Shown: in pieces, positions 1 through 12,002 of the stretch
How positions within the stretch are numbered: position 1 is the stretch's first letter
How the letters are laid out: each line of letters opens with the position of its first letter
Assembly: GCA_018399685.1 (NCBI GenBank)
Contig: JAGYOK010000007.1
Coordinates: forward strand, 10,272 to 74,271
Length of the DNA: 64,000 nt
Origin: Alphaproteobacteria bacterium
Lineage (GTDB): Bacteria; Pseudomonadota; Alphaproteobacteria; Micavibrionales; Micavibrionaceae
Direction of reading: 5' to 3'
The notes under the pieces: model-generated
Told to the model about the DNA's origin: nothing
The model's database searches: none
The model's input: only the letters and a program-made list of their open reading frames with translations
Position numbers and translations under genes: made by a program

Positions 1-16
1 AAGGCAAGTTTGAACC

Positions 17-1174
17 ATGAGCAATGGCAAGGCTTCACTAAGCGTAATTCAAAATGCAAAGCTGATCGTTGTTAAAATCGGCTCGGTTATTGTTCGCGGC
101 AAGGAGCTTGGCACAGTTAACCATCACTGGATAGATGCATTTGCGCAGGATGTAAAAGCTCTTATGGACAGCGGCAAAAAAGTTGTCGTTGTTTCCTCCG
201 GCGGTATCGCTCTTGGGCGTAAAGCTCTGGGGATTAAAGAAAACACTCCGCCGCAGAACATTCCTTTAGCACAAAAACAAGCCGCTTCTGCTGTCGGGCA
301 GTACCACGTTTTCGACGGTTATTATAAAGCCCTTGCCAGATGTGGGCTGGAATGCGGGCAGGTGCTCATCACGATGAGTGAAACGGAAAGCCGCCGGATG
401 AACCTGAACGCCCGCGACACGCTTTCTACTCTGCTTGAGCACGGCATTATTCCGCTTATTAACGAAAACGATACAATCTCCACCGGTGAAATTCGTTTCG
501 GAGATAATGATCGCCTGAGTGTACGTGTAGCACAAATGATTGGCGCGGACGCAGTTATCCTGCTCTCTACGACAGATGGCTTATACACAGATAATCCGGA
601 TAATAATCCACAGGCCCAGCACATCCCGTATATTGAAAAGCTGGAAGAAAAGCACATAAAAATGGCTGGAGAAGCTGTTCCGGGATTAAGCACAGGCGGA
701 ATGAAAAGCAAGATGGATGCGGCGCTATCAGCAACAAAAACCGGCATTCATCTAGTCATCACAGATGGCCGTGAAGACCATGCGCTGGAAAAATTATTCT
801 CGACAAGTTCGAAACGCCACAGCCTGTTTTATGCACAAAATGGGGGTAAGATCGCCGCACGCAAGATGTGGATAGGTTCCCATATGCGCCCCAAAGGTTC
901 TATCACTATAGATGAAGGCGCTCGTGATGCTTTGTATCACGGCAAAAGCCTGCTCCCTATCGGCGCTTGTAAAGTTACCGGAGACTTTAACCGCGGCGAT
1001 GTTATAGAGATTATCGACCCTTCCGGTAAACGTATCGGCATGGGGATTAGCGCATATAACATGCGCGATGCTCACCTTATTTGTCGTCGCAACAGCAAGG
1101 ATATCGCCAGCATCCTTGGCGAAATCACCAGCGAAGAGCTGATCCACCGTAATGACATGGTTTTGGAAGATTAG
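17..1174 (+). CDS. proB: glutamate 5-kinase with C-terminal PUA domain
   Basis: 385-aa ORF. Amino-acid-kinase signatures are present (VVKIGS, VVVSSGGIALGR, NENDT), followed by a PUA-like C-terminus (GSITIDEGA...GDVIEI). The pathway partner proA lies at 18470. Confidence 0.92.
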   Translation: MSNGKASLSVIQNAKLIVVKIGSVIVRGKELGTVNHHWIDAFAQDVKALMDSGKKVVVVSSGGIALGRKALGIKENTPPQNIPLAQKQAASAVGQYHVFDGYYKALARCGLECGQVLITMSETESRRMNLNARDTLSTLLEHGIIPLINENDTISTGEIRFGDNDRLSVRVAQMIGADAVILLSTTDGLYTDNPDNNPQAQHIPYIEKLEEKHIKMAGEAVPGLSTGGMKSKMDAALSATKTGIHLVITDGREDHALEKLFSTSSKRHSLFYAQNGGKIAARKMWIGSHMRPKGSITIDEGARDALYHGKSLLPIGACKVTGDFNRGDVIEIIDPSGKRIGMGISAYNMRDAHLICRRNSKDIASILGEITSEELIHRNDMVLED

Positions 1175-1263
1175 TTAAAAATATCGCCTTTTCCTCTATG
1201 CATATACGCGCTTTTGTTTCATCATGATCACCCAACAGAATCATAAAACTACATGGGCAAGAC

Positions 1264-3876
1264 ATGCGTACAGAAACTCCCAAAACCATATATCTAAAAG
1301 ATTACGAACCTTTCCCTTACACAATAGAAAACCTGAGTCTGGATTTTGATATTCATGATGGCCATACGCTTGTTACCGCCACCAGTCGCTATAAGGCAAA
1401 AGAAGCGGGAGTTGAGCTGTTTTTATACGGAGAAGATCTGGAGATCATCTCGCTAAAAGTTAATGATAAAGATCATAAAGAGTATATAGCAGATGAAACA
1501 TCCATGCGTATTAACTCATTGCCGGACAGCTTTGACCTTGAAATTGTAACAAAGATATATCCAGAGAAAAATACGCGTCTTGAAGGGCTATACAAATCTG
1601 GCGGGACTTACTGTACGCAGTGTGAAGCCGAGGGATTCCGGCGCATAACATACTATCCTGATCGCCCCGATGTCTTGACAACATTTACTGTACGTATTGA
1701 AGCTCCCAAAGATTACCCTGTGCTTTTGTCAAACGGCAACCGCGTAGATGGAGACGAGGTCGGAGAAGGCCGTCATTATGTTATCTGGGAAGACCCCTTC
1801 CCCAAGCCCTGTTATCTCTTCGCTCTGGTTGCAGGAGATCTAAGCCATATAAGCGATAAGTTCGTAACGGCTTCAGGCCGCGAAGTGGATTTATATATCT
1901 ATGTCCGTCCGGGCGATGAAGACCACTGCATCCATGCTATAGAGAGCCTGAAACGCTCTATGCAATGGGATGAGGAGGTCTATGGCCGCGAATATGATTT
2001 AGATATATTCAACATTGTAGCTGTTAGCGATTTTAATATGGGGGCGATGGAAAATAAATCCCTGAACATATTCAATACAGCCCTTGTGCTGGCGCATCAG
2101 GAAACGGCAACTGATACGGACTTCCACCGTGTGGAGGGCGTAATTGCTCACGAATATTTTCACAACTGGAGCGGCAACCGCGTAACCTGTCGTGACTGGT
2201 TCCAGCTATCTCTAAAAGAAGGTTTGACAGTTTTCCGCGATCAATCCTTTTCCGCTGATATGCATTCAAAAGACGTACAGCGCATTGACGACGTAACACA
2301 TTTGCGGCGCTTTCAGTTTACAGAGGACGCCTCCCCGCTTGCTCACCCTGTGCGCCCCGATAATTATATCGAGATCAATAATTTCTACACCATGACTGTC
2401 TATGAAAAAGGCGCAGAAGTTATACGCATGATGCGTACGCTTTTAGGAGAAGAGAACTACCGCAAAGGCACAGACCTTTATTTTGAACGCCATGACGGGC
2501 AAGCCGTGACTTGCGATGATTTTGTAAAAGCCATGGAAGACGCCAGCGATATAAGCTTGGAGCAATTTAAGCTCTGGTACTCACAAGCAGGAACGCCTGA
2601 GGTCACTTTCACCGGCTCTTATGATGAAAAAGCAAAGCGCTATGATGTAAAACTTTCTCAGGAAATACCGGATACAAACGGACAAAGTGATAAAAAACCA
2701 ATGGTTATCCCTGTGGCTCTTGGCCTTATAAGCCCCGAAGGTGAAGATTTAATCGGTACGCAGCTCCTTGTGTTAAATGAAAAAGAACAAAGCTTCAGCT
2801 TTGATAATATCCCCGCGCGCCCCGTTCCCTCAGTGCTCAGAGGCTTTTCCGCCCCCGTAAAGCTTAGAACAAATCTAGGCGAGGAAGAGCGCGTATTCCT
2901 CATGCAAAATGAGCATTACGACGGCTTTAACCGTTGGGAAGCCGGGCAGGAACTCGCCATTAGAGCTATATGTTCAATGCTTGACAGCTATGAGCTGGAA
3001 GGCAAAAAAAGTCCAAAACTTTCGCCAGTATTCATTGAAAGCTTCGGGCGCGTTTTGGAAGACGCATTATTGGAAGGCGCCGATAAGGCTTTCATCGCCA
3101 GAGCTATAACACTGCCCGCTATAGGAACAATAGTTCAAGAACGCAAGCAGGCAGACCCCGAAAATATCCATAAAATCAGGGATCTGGCATTAGCAGCTTT
3201 AAAAACCGCGCACAGACGTACACTGGAAAAAATATATACAGCAAATGCGCCGCAGGATGAATTTACAATTTCTTCCGAAGATATGGCGCGCCGGGCGCTG
3301 CGTAATGCTGTATTGCAACTGCTTACCGCCACGCATGGCTCTGGCTGTGCAAAACTGGCCAAGCGGCACTATGACGAAGCCGATAATATGACAGACCGCG
3401 TAGCGGCCTTGATCTCGCTCGCCGATAACAAAAGTAAATTGCGTGATGAAGTATTCGCAGAGTTTTATAGTAACTATAAAGAATACCCTCTTGTTATTGA
3501 TAAATGGTTCTCGCTGCAAGCCTCATCAACCCTGCCCGGCGCAGTTGAACGGGTAAAAAAACTGCGGAGCCATAAGGATTTCGATATTAAAAATCCAAAC
3601 CGCGTGAGGTCGTTATATGCCGCATTCGCGATGAATAATCCGGCGAACTTCCACGCCAAAGATGGATCGGGGTATATATTCTTGCGTGATGCCGTTATTG
3701 AGCTAAACACTATTAATCCCCAGATCGGCGCAAGAATGCTTGCCCCTATGCGGGAATGGCAGAAATTCACACCGGATCGTCAGGAAATGATGAAGCAAGC
3801 GCTTCGCGATATTCTGGCTGTTGAGAATATTTCTCCGGATATTTACGAAATCGCCAGTAAAAGTCTGGGGGAATAG
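1264..3876 (+). CDS. pepN: aminopeptidase N (M1 family)
   Basis: 870-aa ORF carrying the GAMEN exopeptidase motif and the HEYFHNW-x18-E zinc-binding motif. Confidence 0.95.
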   Translation: MRTETPKTIYLKDYEPFPYTIENLSLDFDIHDGHTLVTATSRYKAKEAGVELFLYGEDLEIISLKVNDKDHKEYIADETSMRINSLPDSFDLEIVTKIYPEKNTRLEGLYKSGGTYCTQCEAEGFRRITYYPDRPDVLTTFTVRIEAPKDYPVLLSNGNRVDGDEVGEGRHYVIWEDPFPKPCYLFALVAGDLSHISDKFVTASGREVDLYIYVRPGDEDHCIHAIESLKRSMQWDEEVYGREYDLDIFNIVAVSDFNMGAMENKSLNIFNTALVLAHQETATDTDFHRVEGVIAHEYFHNWSGNRVTCRDWFQLSLKEGLTVFRDQSFSADMHSKDVQRIDDVTHLRRFQFTEDASPLAHPVRPDNYIEINNFYTMTVYEKGAEVIRMMRTLLGEENYRKGTDLYFERHDGQAVTCDDFVKAMEDASDISLEQFKLWYSQAGTPEVTFTGSYDEKAKRYDVKLSQEIPDTNGQSDKKPMVIPVALGLISPEGEDLIGTQLLVLNEKEQSFSFDNIPARPVPSVLRGFSAPVKLRTNLGEEERVFLMQNEHYDGFNRWEAGQELAIRAICSMLDSYELEGKKSPKLSPVFIESFGRVLEDALLEGADKAFIARAITLPAIGTIVQERKQADPENIHKIRDLALAALKTAHRRTLEKIYTANAPQDEFTISSEDMARRALRNAVLQLLTATHGSGCAKLAKRHYDEADNMTDRVAALISLADNKSKLRDEVFAEFYSNYKEYPLVIDKWFSLQASSTLPGAVERVKKLRSHKDFDIKNPNRVRSLYAAFAMNNPANFHAKDGSGYIFLRDAVIELNTINPQIGARMLAPMREWQKFTPDRQEMMKQALRDILAVENISPDIYEIASKSLGE

Positions 3877-3882
3877 GAAGAA

Positions 3883-4512
3883 ATGAGTAAAGACGCTGAC
3901 TTCTCTTTGGAAGAATTATATGATGGGCTGGTTTGCGGCATCGACGAGGTAGGAAGAGGCCCCCTCGCCGGCCCCGTAATCGCCGCATGTGTTGTCATTC
4001 CCAAAAAGCTGCGCAAGCTTGATTTTATTGCCTGTATCAAGGATAGCAAAAAGCTCAGCCCCAAAAAGCGCGAGATGCTCTATGACGCAATTACAGAGAA
4101 TTTTCCACACGCCATAAGCCTGTTGTCCCCTCAGGAAATTGATGAACACAATATTCTGCAAGCCTCTCTTTTAGCGATGACCAAAGCTCACGATAAAGTG
4201 CTGAGTGCAGGCATAAAACTGGAGCACGCTTTGGTCGATGGAAACAAAATCCCGATTATTGCTACACCCGCCTGCGCAATCGTTAAAGGTGATGGCAAAT
4301 CAAAGACAATCGCGGCTGCTTCTATTATTGCCAAAGTATACCGCGACCGGATTATGAAAGAGCTTGCGGGCGAATTCCCATATTATGGGTGGGAGCGCAA
4401 TTCCGGCTATCCGACGAAAGAGCACCGCGAGGCGCTTCTTAAACATGGTATAACCCCCTTTCATCGCCGCAGCTTTGCTCCCGTGCGTAAAATTCTTGAA
4501 TCAGTTCAATAA
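3883..4512 (+). CDS. rnhB: ribonuclease HII
   Basis: 209-aa ORF with the GIDEVGRGPLAGPV active-site motif and a DSKKL segment typical of RNase HII. Confidence 0.9.
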   Translation: MSKDADFSLEELYDGLVCGIDEVGRGPLAGPVIAACVVIPKKLRKLDFIACIKDSKKLSPKKREMLYDAITENFPHAISLLSPQEIDEHNILQASLLAMTKAHDKVLSAGIKLEHALVDGNKIPIIATPACAIVKGDGKSKTIAAASIIAKVYRDRIMKELAGEFPYYGWERNSGYPTKEHREALLKHGITPFHRRSFAPVRKILESVQ

Positions 4513-4541
4513 TTTACCTTAAAAAAATATCGCAACGCACT

Positions 4542-6143
<1,602 letters not shown>

Positions 6144-6153
6144 ATTTTAAAAC

Positions 6154-7158
6154 CTATTGAAAGACACCTTCCCCCTTATGTTTTTTTAGCAAAAGCTCAT
6201 ATTGTTCTTTTAATTGCTCGTTTAGTTTACCTTTATTTTGTGATGTGACGTAGTTTTCTGCATAGAATAAAACGTCCTTTTCCTTATTATTATATACTTC
6301 AAACCCTTCAAGAGCGCCAAACATTTGTACCACGGGTATACCTCTGTTTGATACTCTAAGCATTTTACCGTGAGTAAATATTTTAACCTTAAGAAGTAAA
6401 TAGGCCTCACGACTTTCATAAACTCTGTATTGGGTTACGATTCCACCCGGCCAACGCCTCTCCAAAAAATCCATTCTTTCTTGCATATAGTCATTAGCTA
6501 CTTTTTGTGACATTGGAACGTATGCAAGGGTTAGTGGCCGACTAAATTCCATAACTAAAGCACGAGGATATCCAAGGTGAATTTTGTGATGGAGCATGCA
6601 GGGTCCTAACCTGTAGTCCGTTGCGTATAACTCAAACCGGCGAAGTGACTCAATTTTGTAACTGTCCTGTATTTCAAACGCTTTTCTTTTCGCTGAGTAA
6701 TCGCTCAGCTTCAGCGGTAACATAAATTCAAATCGTGTGGGAAACTGATATTTGTTGTCTCTTAAAAAGCCTCTGGTGGCTTCAATAATTTCCTGTAATT
6801 CCAACTCATTATTGAAATAATTCTTGTAAATTTCACATTCATTGATACGAAGAAACTCCTTTATAGCCTCCTCATCTTCGTACTTATAAAGACCCACAGC
6901 CCAGAACAGATGGGAAAGATTTTTAACAGAAGATTCTTCATATATATAATTTCGGGGCACTTCGGATGCGGCAGTTTCTTTTGTTGCCATATTTTCCTCA
7001 TCACTTCTGATATATTCGTCAGTGTAATTTTCCAGCAATTTGTCAAAATCTACAGCCATGGCCACCCCTGCCCCATACCCACCAATAAAAGGGAAACCGG
7101 AGACCACAAGCAAAATAAACAGTAAACCTGACGCAGCAATTAGAGTAATCTTCTTCAT
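6154..7158 (-). CDS. hypothetical N-terminally anchored or secreted protein
   Basis: 334-aa uninterrupted ORF with a single N-terminal hydrophobic segment (LIAASGLLFILLVVSGFPFIGGYGAGVAMA). No motif recognised. It is more AT-rich than its neighbours. Confidence 0.5.
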   Translation of the reverse strand: MKKITLIAASGLLFILLVVSGFPFIGGYGAGVAMAVDFDKLLENYTDEYIRSDEENMATKETAASEVPRNYIYEESSVKNLSHLFWAVGLYKYEDEEAIKEFLRINECEIYKNYFNNELELQEIIEATRGFLRDNKYQFPTRFEFMLPLKLSDYSAKRKAFEIQDSYKIESLRRFELYATDYRLGPCMLHHKIHLGYPRALVMEFSRPLTLAYVPMSQKVANDYMQERMDFLERRWPGGIVTQYRVYESREAYLLLKVKIFTHGKMLRVSNRGIPVVQMFGALEGFEVYNNKEKDVLFYAENYVTSQNKGKLNEQLKEQYELLLKKHKGEGVFQ

Positions 7159-7385
7159 GAGATCTCCTTATGAGCCGAGCTTTGCATTATATCGGCAAAG
7201 GCGATAAAACTTCAAGCGGCAAGCAACTCTTTTTGGCTATCATTTTTTTGAGTGCATCACAATTACAACTCACGTGCATCCATAGATCAAAAATTTCGGG
7301 ATTATCTGTGTTTTTGAGCTGGATTATGTTATGAGAATTCATACAGAAATTAAACAAACCTGATAGTTAAGCAGTAACGATAAAC

Positions 7386-7856
7386 ATGAGACCCCTCTTT
7401 GAAGCTACGTCACGCATCGCCAGCAAGACTTTTTCCCGCAAGTACATAGCGCTTGGGCGTTTGGTAAGCCAATGGAGTGAAATTATGGGAGATCAGTTCG
7501 CAGGGCTGGCACAGCCTGTAAAGCTGAACTATCGAAAGAAGGGTAAATCCAAAAAAGACAATTATGTGACACTGGATATCGCAACTTCGGCAGCTAACGC
7601 CACTCTCCTTAATTACCAGAAAGGCGTCATACTAGAGAGAATTAACTCGCTTTTTGGCAATAATTGGATTAAAGATATCCGCTTTGTGGCTTCTGAAATT
7701 GCGGACACCCCTTTAGAACCAAAAAAATATACGCCTCCCTTAACGGCAGATGAAAAAAAATATTTGTCGGAGACACTGGATCAAATCGAAGATCCTGATA
7801 TAAAAGAGAAGCTTGAAAGCCTTGGAAAATCTATAATAATGGATAGGAAAGAATGA
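7386..7856 (+). CDS. DUF721 (DciA-family) protein
   Basis: 156-aa ORF. The pattern W.EIMG...A....P..L.......L.I....A.ATLL.Y.....LERIN..FG...I..IRF is typical of alphaproteobacterial DUF721 proteins. Its stop overlaps the efp start (ATGA). Confidence 0.55.
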   Translation: MRPLFEATSRIASKTFSRKYIALGRLVSQWSEIMGDQFAGLAQPVKLNYRKKGKSKKDNYVTLDIATSAANATLLNYQKGVILERINSLFGNNWIKDIRFVASEIADTPLEPKKYTPPLTADEKKYLSETLDQIEDPDIKEKLESLGKSIIMDRKE

Positions 7857-8425
7857 AAGTAAACGCTATTACATTAAGAGCAGGACATGTTGTGGAATAT
7901 AATGGCAAGCTCTGCGTCGTTACAAAGAACGAAATTGTGCAGCCCGGAAAAGGAAATTCTGTAGCTCAGGTCGAGATGCGCGATATTCGCACAGGTAATA
8001 AAGATAACGTACGCTATCGTACACAAGAAACCGTTGAGCGTGTACGTCTGGAACAGACAGAATACCAGTTTTTGTATTTTGCTGGCGATGATATCGTCCT
8101 TATGAACAACGAAACATACGAGCAAATAACAGTGCCCAAAGAACAAATGGGCCCTCAAGCGGCTTATTTGCAGGATAGTATGGTCATTGAGGTAGAAACA
8201 TTTGAAGGCGAGCCTCTCGGCTTCAAAATGCCTGATCGTATTGTCATGGAAATCGTGGAAGCTGAGCCAGTTGTAAAAGGCCAGACAGCAACGACTTCAT
8301 ACAAACCGGCAATTCTGGAAAATGGCGAAAAAGTTATGGTTCCTCCCCATATTGGATCAGGAATAAAGATCGTAGTAAAACTGGAAGATGGCATAGGAAC
8401 CTACGTCGAGCGCTATAAGGGATAG
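7853..8425 (+). CDS. efp: elongation factor P
   Basis: 190-aa ORF with a full-length EF-P pattern. The loop reads VQPGKGNS, with Lys33 at the modification position. Confidence 0.95.
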   Translation: MKVNAITLRAGHVVEYNGKLCVVTKNEIVQPGKGNSVAQVEMRDIRTGNKDNVRYRTQETVERVRLEQTEYQFLYFAGDDIVLMNNETYEQITVPKEQMGPQAAYLQDSMVIEVETFEGEPLGFKMPDRIVMEIVEAEPVVKGQTATTSYKPAILENGEKVMVPPHIGSGIKIVVKLEDGIGTYVERYKG

Positions 8426-8452
8426 AAATCCCAAAATTTAAATTATAAGGAA

Positions 8453-9265
8453 TTGACTATAATGGCCGCCAAATCGCCGATTATGAACGTTATGATGCGT
8501 GCAAGTGAGAAAGCTGCGCGCTCTTTATTGCGTGACTTTAACGAAGTTGAACACTTGCAGGTTTCAAGAAAAGGCCCAAGCGACTTTGTTTCAGCCGCAG
8601 ACAGACGTTCGGAAGAATTGATCTTCAACGAGTTGAAAAAAGCCAGACCGGATTATTGTTTTATGATGGAAGAAAGCGGCGAGGTTAAAGGCAACAACCC
8701 GGATTATTGCTGGATAATTGACCCGCTAGATGGAACGACGAACTTCCTGCATGGAATGCCGCACTGGTGCATCTCCATCGCTCTTGAGCATAAAGGCGAG
8801 ATTGTCGCAGCTCTTGTCCATGATCCTGTTAAGGATGAAATGTTTCATGCTGAAAAAGGGGGCGGAGCTTTCATAGCTCATAAAGGCAGGCTACGCGTTT
8901 CAGGGCGTAACAAGGCCGAAGAATCCTTGATTGCTATTGGCGGGGCTTCCAGATTTGGTAAAGACAAACGCGAAAGATTTATAAAAGAATTCTCTGCCAT
9001 GAACTATGCAGGCTTTGACCTGCGTCGTTTCGGAGCAGCAGCTCTCGATCTTTGTTATGTAGCTGCCGGACGCTATGAAGGTTTCTGGGAAAGAGACTTA
9101 TCCCCATGGGATGTCGCTGCAGGCATACTTATTGTAAAAGAATCTGGGGGTTTTATCTCGGAACTTGATGACATAAGAAAGAATCCTGTTCATACTGGTA
9201 ACGTTCTAGCTGCCAATGAGTCTCTTTTTGACGATATAGGAAGGGTTTTGCGGCAAGCATCCTAG
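8453..9265 (+). CDS. suhB: inositol monophosphatase family protein
   Basis: IMPase motifs WIIDPLDGTTNF and GAAALDLCYVAAGR are present. An alternative ATG lies at 8462. Confidence 0.85.
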   Translation: MTIMAAKSPIMNVMMRASEKAARSLLRDFNEVEHLQVSRKGPSDFVSAADRRSEELIFNELKKARPDYCFMMEESGEVKGNNPDYCWIIDPLDGTTNFLHGMPHWCISIALEHKGEIVAALVHDPVKDEMFHAEKGGGAFIAHKGRLRVSGRNKAEESLIAIGGASRFGKDKRERFIKEFSAMNYAGFDLRRFGAAALDLCYVAAGRYEGFWERDLSPWDVAAGILIVKESGGFISELDDIRKNPVHTGNVLAANESLFDDIGRVLRQAS

Positions 9266-9365
9266 GACATTCTTCGGCCTTTATCTGGCCATGTTACATG
9301 TAAGAATAGGGTATGTTGCTGTGAAAAATATACAGACTGCATCGCGGCCTTTTCGTTTCCGTGGT

Positions 9366-10286
9366 ATGGGGAAAATACGTCTGGGGCTGCTTTTCATCGC
9401 TTTTGCCACCTTTATCAGCTTTGCCATGCTTCTTGTAATCAGCGCAGTAAGCTCCCCCTTTGCCCATGCTTCTGCCAGAATGGTGCCTATACCTCCCAAA
9501 AGACCAGATGTTATGAGCGCTTCTCCCGCCTATATTCGCCAGCTTATGGCGCGAAGCAGCACCGTTGATGTCTATAGCGAAGACGATTTACCTCTGGAAG
9601 ACAGTCACCAAAACTATGATCTAGAATACAGCGAAGAAAAAATAGCCGCTATTCATAGCATTGACCCAAAGTATTTGCCCCAATCCGAAGATGACGAATA
9701 TCATGAATATGACAGCGGCTACTTATCAGAGATATCAGAAGCCGGAGTCCCCGTTCCGGGACGTAAGCCATCCTATGGAAACAGCTCTATAGTTCAAAGA
9801 GTAGAGGACTTTTCCAATCATGTTTCATCCGTCGAGCTTGCTTTTATTGAACCTGAAGTTGGCGGGCGTTATTCTGATGCAAGCGGGCCGAATGACTACT
9901 ATACCGAAGCCGCTGCCTCAGGGGCTGTGCGCCAGCCTATTTCCACCCCTTCCCAAAAAGGTAATGAAAAAGCGCTCGTCAGTTTTACATTAGATTCCAA
10001 GCAGATATTACTTGATCCAAATTTAAAAACTTTTTTACTCGACCATGCTTTAAAACAATTTAAATCTGATCCTGATCTAAGGCTTGAAATACATGCTTAT
10101 GCAAGCACAGAAAGTGGCCAGGAATTTAGCGATGTGCGCCGTTCTTTGGCTCGCGCCCTTGAAGTTCGCAGCTTCCTTCTTGAACAGAACATTGATCCAT
10201 CAAGGCTGAAAATCACCCCGATGGGACAGGATTCCGATAACACAACAGATGATCGCATAGATCTATTATTTATCGTTTCCAAGTAA
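9366..10286 (+). CDS. secreted protein with C-terminal OmpA-like domain
   Basis: The ORF track begins at 9291, but the ATG at 9366 gives a good signal peptide (MGKIRLGLLFIAFATF...SSPFAHA). The C-terminus (RRSLARALEVRSFLLEQNIDPSRLKITPMG) resembles the OmpA/MotB peptidoglycan-binding fold. The central region is acidic and low in complexity. Confidence 0.55.
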   Translation: MGKIRLGLLFIAFATFISFAMLLVISAVSSPFAHASARMVPIPPKRPDVMSASPAYIRQLMARSSTVDVYSEDDLPLEDSHQNYDLEYSEEKIAAIHSIDPKYLPQSEDDEYHEYDSGYLSEISEAGVPVPGRKPSYGNSSIVQRVEDFSNHVSSVELAFIEPEVGGRYSDASGPNDYYTEAAASGAVRQPISTPSQKGNEKALVSFTLDSKQILLDPNLKTFLLDHALKQFKSDPDLRLEIHAYASTESGQEFSDVRRSLARALEVRSFLLEQNIDPSRLKITPMGQDSDNTTDDRIDLLFIVSK

Positions 10287-10447
10287 AAAATTGCGTTTAT
10301 ACTCATCATTTTGTGAGATAGCTTACGAAAAACGCATTTCAAATGTGGAAAAGCATGCCCCGCAATCACTGTGTTCCTTGACTTTATCTCCTTATACGTA
10401 TGCAATTAGACTCTGTATTTGTATTTAATTGAGTAGGAGTAACGCTA

Positions 10448-11941
10448 ATGTCGGATTTTGACCCACCCAAACAAGAAAAAAAACATCCAGTTAGTGCCCT
10501 GCTCTTTGCTTTGCTCCTCTTTGCACTTATTGCATCATTGCTGTTTTATCAAAAAAACAAGACTGGTAAAGATAAACCATATGATGAATTCAATTTTCTG
10601 GAAGCAGTTGGCCTGACATCCAAAGACCAGCCCTTTGATTTGGAAAAGGCCGGTAACCCCAGAACTATTGGAAATATCGAGGCTCCTGTTAAAATTTCCG
10701 AATATAGCAGTTTCACTTGTGGAGCTTGCGGGCTATTCCATAAAGGCTCTTATGAAAAGATTAAAAAAGAATATATTGATACCGGAAAAGCCTATCTCGT
10801 TTTCAATGATATACCGCGTAATGTAGAAGATGTCTCCATTAGCGCTGTTGCACAATGTCTTCCCGATAATGCTTATTTCACATTCCTTGATCTTGTCTTT
10901 GAAACTCAAGAAACATGGATGGCCGCTGAAAAGCCGCTTCAGGATATTAAGGAAAAAATGGTCACTGCGGGCATGTCGATAGATGTAATTAACCAGTGTT
11001 TCAAAAGCGAGAAGCTAAGAGAGAAACTGGTAAAAAAGGCAAGAAAAGCGCTCAAAAAACACGAAGTTAAACAGACACCGACTCTTGTTATTAATGATAA
11101 ACATTTGCTAATGGGGCTTGATCCATACGAAAAAATTCGTGATACGATCGAAGCAGAGCTGGCGAAAGATGACGTTGAGGAAATAGAAACGTACGGAAAA
11201 AAGGTGGAAGCCGTTCCAGAAAACAAAGACAACAAAAACGATAGTGTCGCGCTGGTTACAGAGCAAGGATCTGCTGATGATGAAACATCTCAGCTCGTTC
11301 TCGAAGTTGTGGATTTATCCGAGCAAGCTATCCCTGAACCAAAATCTCTCAATAATATAGAATCCTCTGCAGGAGAAGAAGCGGATCAGGATATCCTTGA
11401 TATTAAAAGTCTGGCCGAGCCACGTATAGTAGGAAATCCGAACGCGCCTTTAAAAATATCAGAGTACAGCTCCTATACATGCGGGGCGTGCGCAAGCTTC
11501 CATCTGGATTCTTTTAGTAAATTAAAAGAAGAGTATATCGACACCGGAAAAGCCTATCTGGTTTTTGACGACTTCCCTAGAAATAACATCGATATGACTA
11601 TTGGCGCTATAGCTCGCTGCGTCCCGGAGGATGCCTATTTTAAATTTGTAGAGCTGGTTTTCAAAACACAAGAAACATGGATGAGAAATAAAGACCCTGT
11701 CGATTTTGTAAAACAAAATGCAAAGCTGGCGGGAGCAGACTCAAGCATGATTGATAAATGCGCGAAGAGTAAGGAATTAATGGAGGCTCTTGCTTTACGT
11801 GGGCAAAATACATACGAGAATCTCGGTGTTAACAGTACGCCAACGGTCATAATCAACGATGACAAACGTCTGGTTGGTAGCGTTCCTTACTCTCAATTCA
11901 AAAGAGTTCTTGAGGCTGAATTGATCAAAGCAAACAAATAA
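10448..11941 (+). CDS. membrane-anchored tandem DsbA-like thiol:disulfide oxidoreductase (two thioredoxin-fold modules)
   Basis: 497-aa ORF with an N-terminal TM segment. Two homologous modules each carry a CGAC active site (Cys codons at 10718/10727 and 11480/11489), joined by an acidic linker. Confidence 0.75.
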   Translation: MSDFDPPKQEKKHPVSALLFALLLFALIASLLFYQKNKTGKDKPYDEFNFLEAVGLTSKDQPFDLEKAGNPRTIGNIEAPVKISEYSSFTCGACGLFHKGSYEKIKKEYIDTGKAYLVFNDIPRNVEDVSISAVAQCLPDNAYFTFLDLVFETQETWMAAEKPLQDIKEKMVTAGMSIDVINQCFKSEKLREKLVKKARKALKKHEVKQTPTLVINDKHLLMGLDPYEKIRDTIEAELAKDDVEEIETYGKKVEAVPENKDNKNDSVALVTEQGSADDETSQLVLEVVDLSEQAIPEPKSLNNIESSAGEEADQDILDIKSLAEPRIVGNPNAPLKISEYSSYTCGACASFHLDSFSKLKEEYIDTGKAYLVFDDFPRNNIDMTIGAIARCVPEDAYFKFVELVFKTQETWMRNKDPVDFVKQNAKLAGADSSMIDKCAKSKELMEALALRGQNTYENLGVNSTPTVIINDDKRLVGSVPYSQFKRVLEAELIKANK

Positions 11942-12002
11942 AATCACAAAGCCGCCAAATGCAATATAACGCAATGTAATAAGAACAGGCTACAGGACTT
12001 AT

